Shown here piece after piece: positions 63,030-64,000 of a DNA stretch of 64,000 nucleotides. Numbering within the stretch: position 1 is the stretch's first letter; the number at the start of each line of letters is the position of its first letter. Below the pieces are notes generated by a model, which searched no databases, was not told the origin of the DNA, and saw only the letters and a program-made list of their open reading frames with translations. A program made the position numbers and the translations under genes. This stretch comes from Diadema antillarum. Taxonomy: Eukaryota. The DNA lies in the NCBI RefSeq assembly GCF_040938485.1, contig NW_027271365.1:434001-498000 (forward strand), in the 5' to 3' direction.

Positions 63030-63323
63030 TATAACAAGATGTCATGGTTTTTATGTCCTCGTTTTAATGAGGTTCCCAGTACAAGAAAGAAAGGAGGATT
63101 TCATCAATACATGTATTTCATATTCCCTTATTGTTTTGTAATTATGTGATTCAAAATATGAATGTTATGAGGATAAAAAATGCATGTAGGTATACAATTG
63201 CCCCTTGACCAAACCATGAACATTACCCCTGACATTCCCCCCCCCCTTTTAAACTTAACCCCCCCCCCCCCCCCCCCATGGCTCCTGTGTTGGTGACAAG
63301 TTTGTATGACTGATTCCTCTCAG

Positions 63324-63544
63324 GGCGACGACACCAGCTTCGGGTGCACTGTAAGAGCATCGGTCATCCGATTGTTGGGGACTACACGTACAGCATGAGG
63401 AAGGATGTTTCTCCGTACCGCATGATGCTTCTAGCGCACAGACTTGTCATGCCTATCCCGGGTGAAAACATTGACGTGACTGCCGAGGATGTGTTCACTC
63501 ATAGTCAGGACAGCAAATGGATGCCATATGACGATCATAGATAA
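63324..63544 (+). CDS. RPUSD1: RPUSD1-like terminal coding exon
   Basis: ttcctctcag|GG CGA CGA CAC CAG. Encodes GRRHQLRVHCKSIGHPIVGDYTYSMRKDVSPYRMMLLAHRL...YDDHR then TAA. Contains motif III and GHPIVGD. Confidence 0.92.
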
Positions 63545-63648
63545 CACAAGAAGAAGTTCTGGACAGTAGAGGGTATACTTGCTCACACACAATGTACCAT
63601 GAATGAAACCCAAACATACATTGTATATCTGCAATGAGTGAATGCAGC

Positions 63649-63654
63649 AATAAA
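63649..63654 (+). terminator. Candidate polyadenylation signal of the RPUSD1-like gene
   Basis: AATAAA about 105 nt after the stop codon; AT-rich context, so a chance match is possible. Confidence 0.4.
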
Positions 63655-64000
63655 GTAAAACACATCAGTAAAGTTTGATAGAAATCAGACAATCTGAGCA
63701 AAATTTAGGAATTGTTCAAGTTTTGATGCAGCTGTTGCTGGATGAAAATAATACCACACTTCGTGACGCCACATATGGAAAACAAAATACAGAAAATATA
63801 AAGAGAATTCACAAAATGTCATATTTTATGATAGGTACAAATTACCTTGACTTGCTGATAACATGTTATGTTGATGCTATTCCCGATGCTATTCATCCTG
63901 CTTTCTGAAAGAGGAAAGTCGAGTGTTCTTTCATTATGCTAGAAAAGTCAAAATATGTTGAATACATCTATTCTTTACTACATTTTCAGTGCTTGACATC

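Overview
AT-rich, intron-rich animal DNA; an echinoderm such as a sea urchin is my inference from the repeat landscape. Two genes lie head-to-head. (1) Minus strand: the 5' part of a Sidekick-like Ig adhesion gene. A 64-nt signal-peptide exon (49675-49738) is joined across a 44,578-bp intron to an Ig1 exon (4827-5096) and an 81-nt exon (3937-4017); the gene continues beyond the left edge. (2) Plus strand: an RluA-family pseudouridine synthase (RPUSD1-like) with four clear coding exons (60673-63544) and an unresolved first exon. Between them is an uninterrupted single-ORF CR1-like LINE (1243 aa). It has a 2A/StopGo-like motif (GDVQMNPGP), two tandem PHD fingers, AP endonuclease and RT domains, and an (ATACAG)n tail. 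The long intron holds many non-autonomous DNA transposons: pogo/Tigger-like, nested Kolobok-like, PIF/Harbinger (one with a Myb/SANT relic), 85-bp piggyBac-like elements, and a Helentron-type (pearl/Tsp-like) element carrying 8 x ~158-bp repeats loaded with AGGTCA DR1 sites. It also holds candidate regulatory motifs, including a perfect RFX X-box palindrome. No rRNA, tRNA or CRISPR array is supported. All coordinates were read by eye; family names come from recalled motifs, not from database searches.
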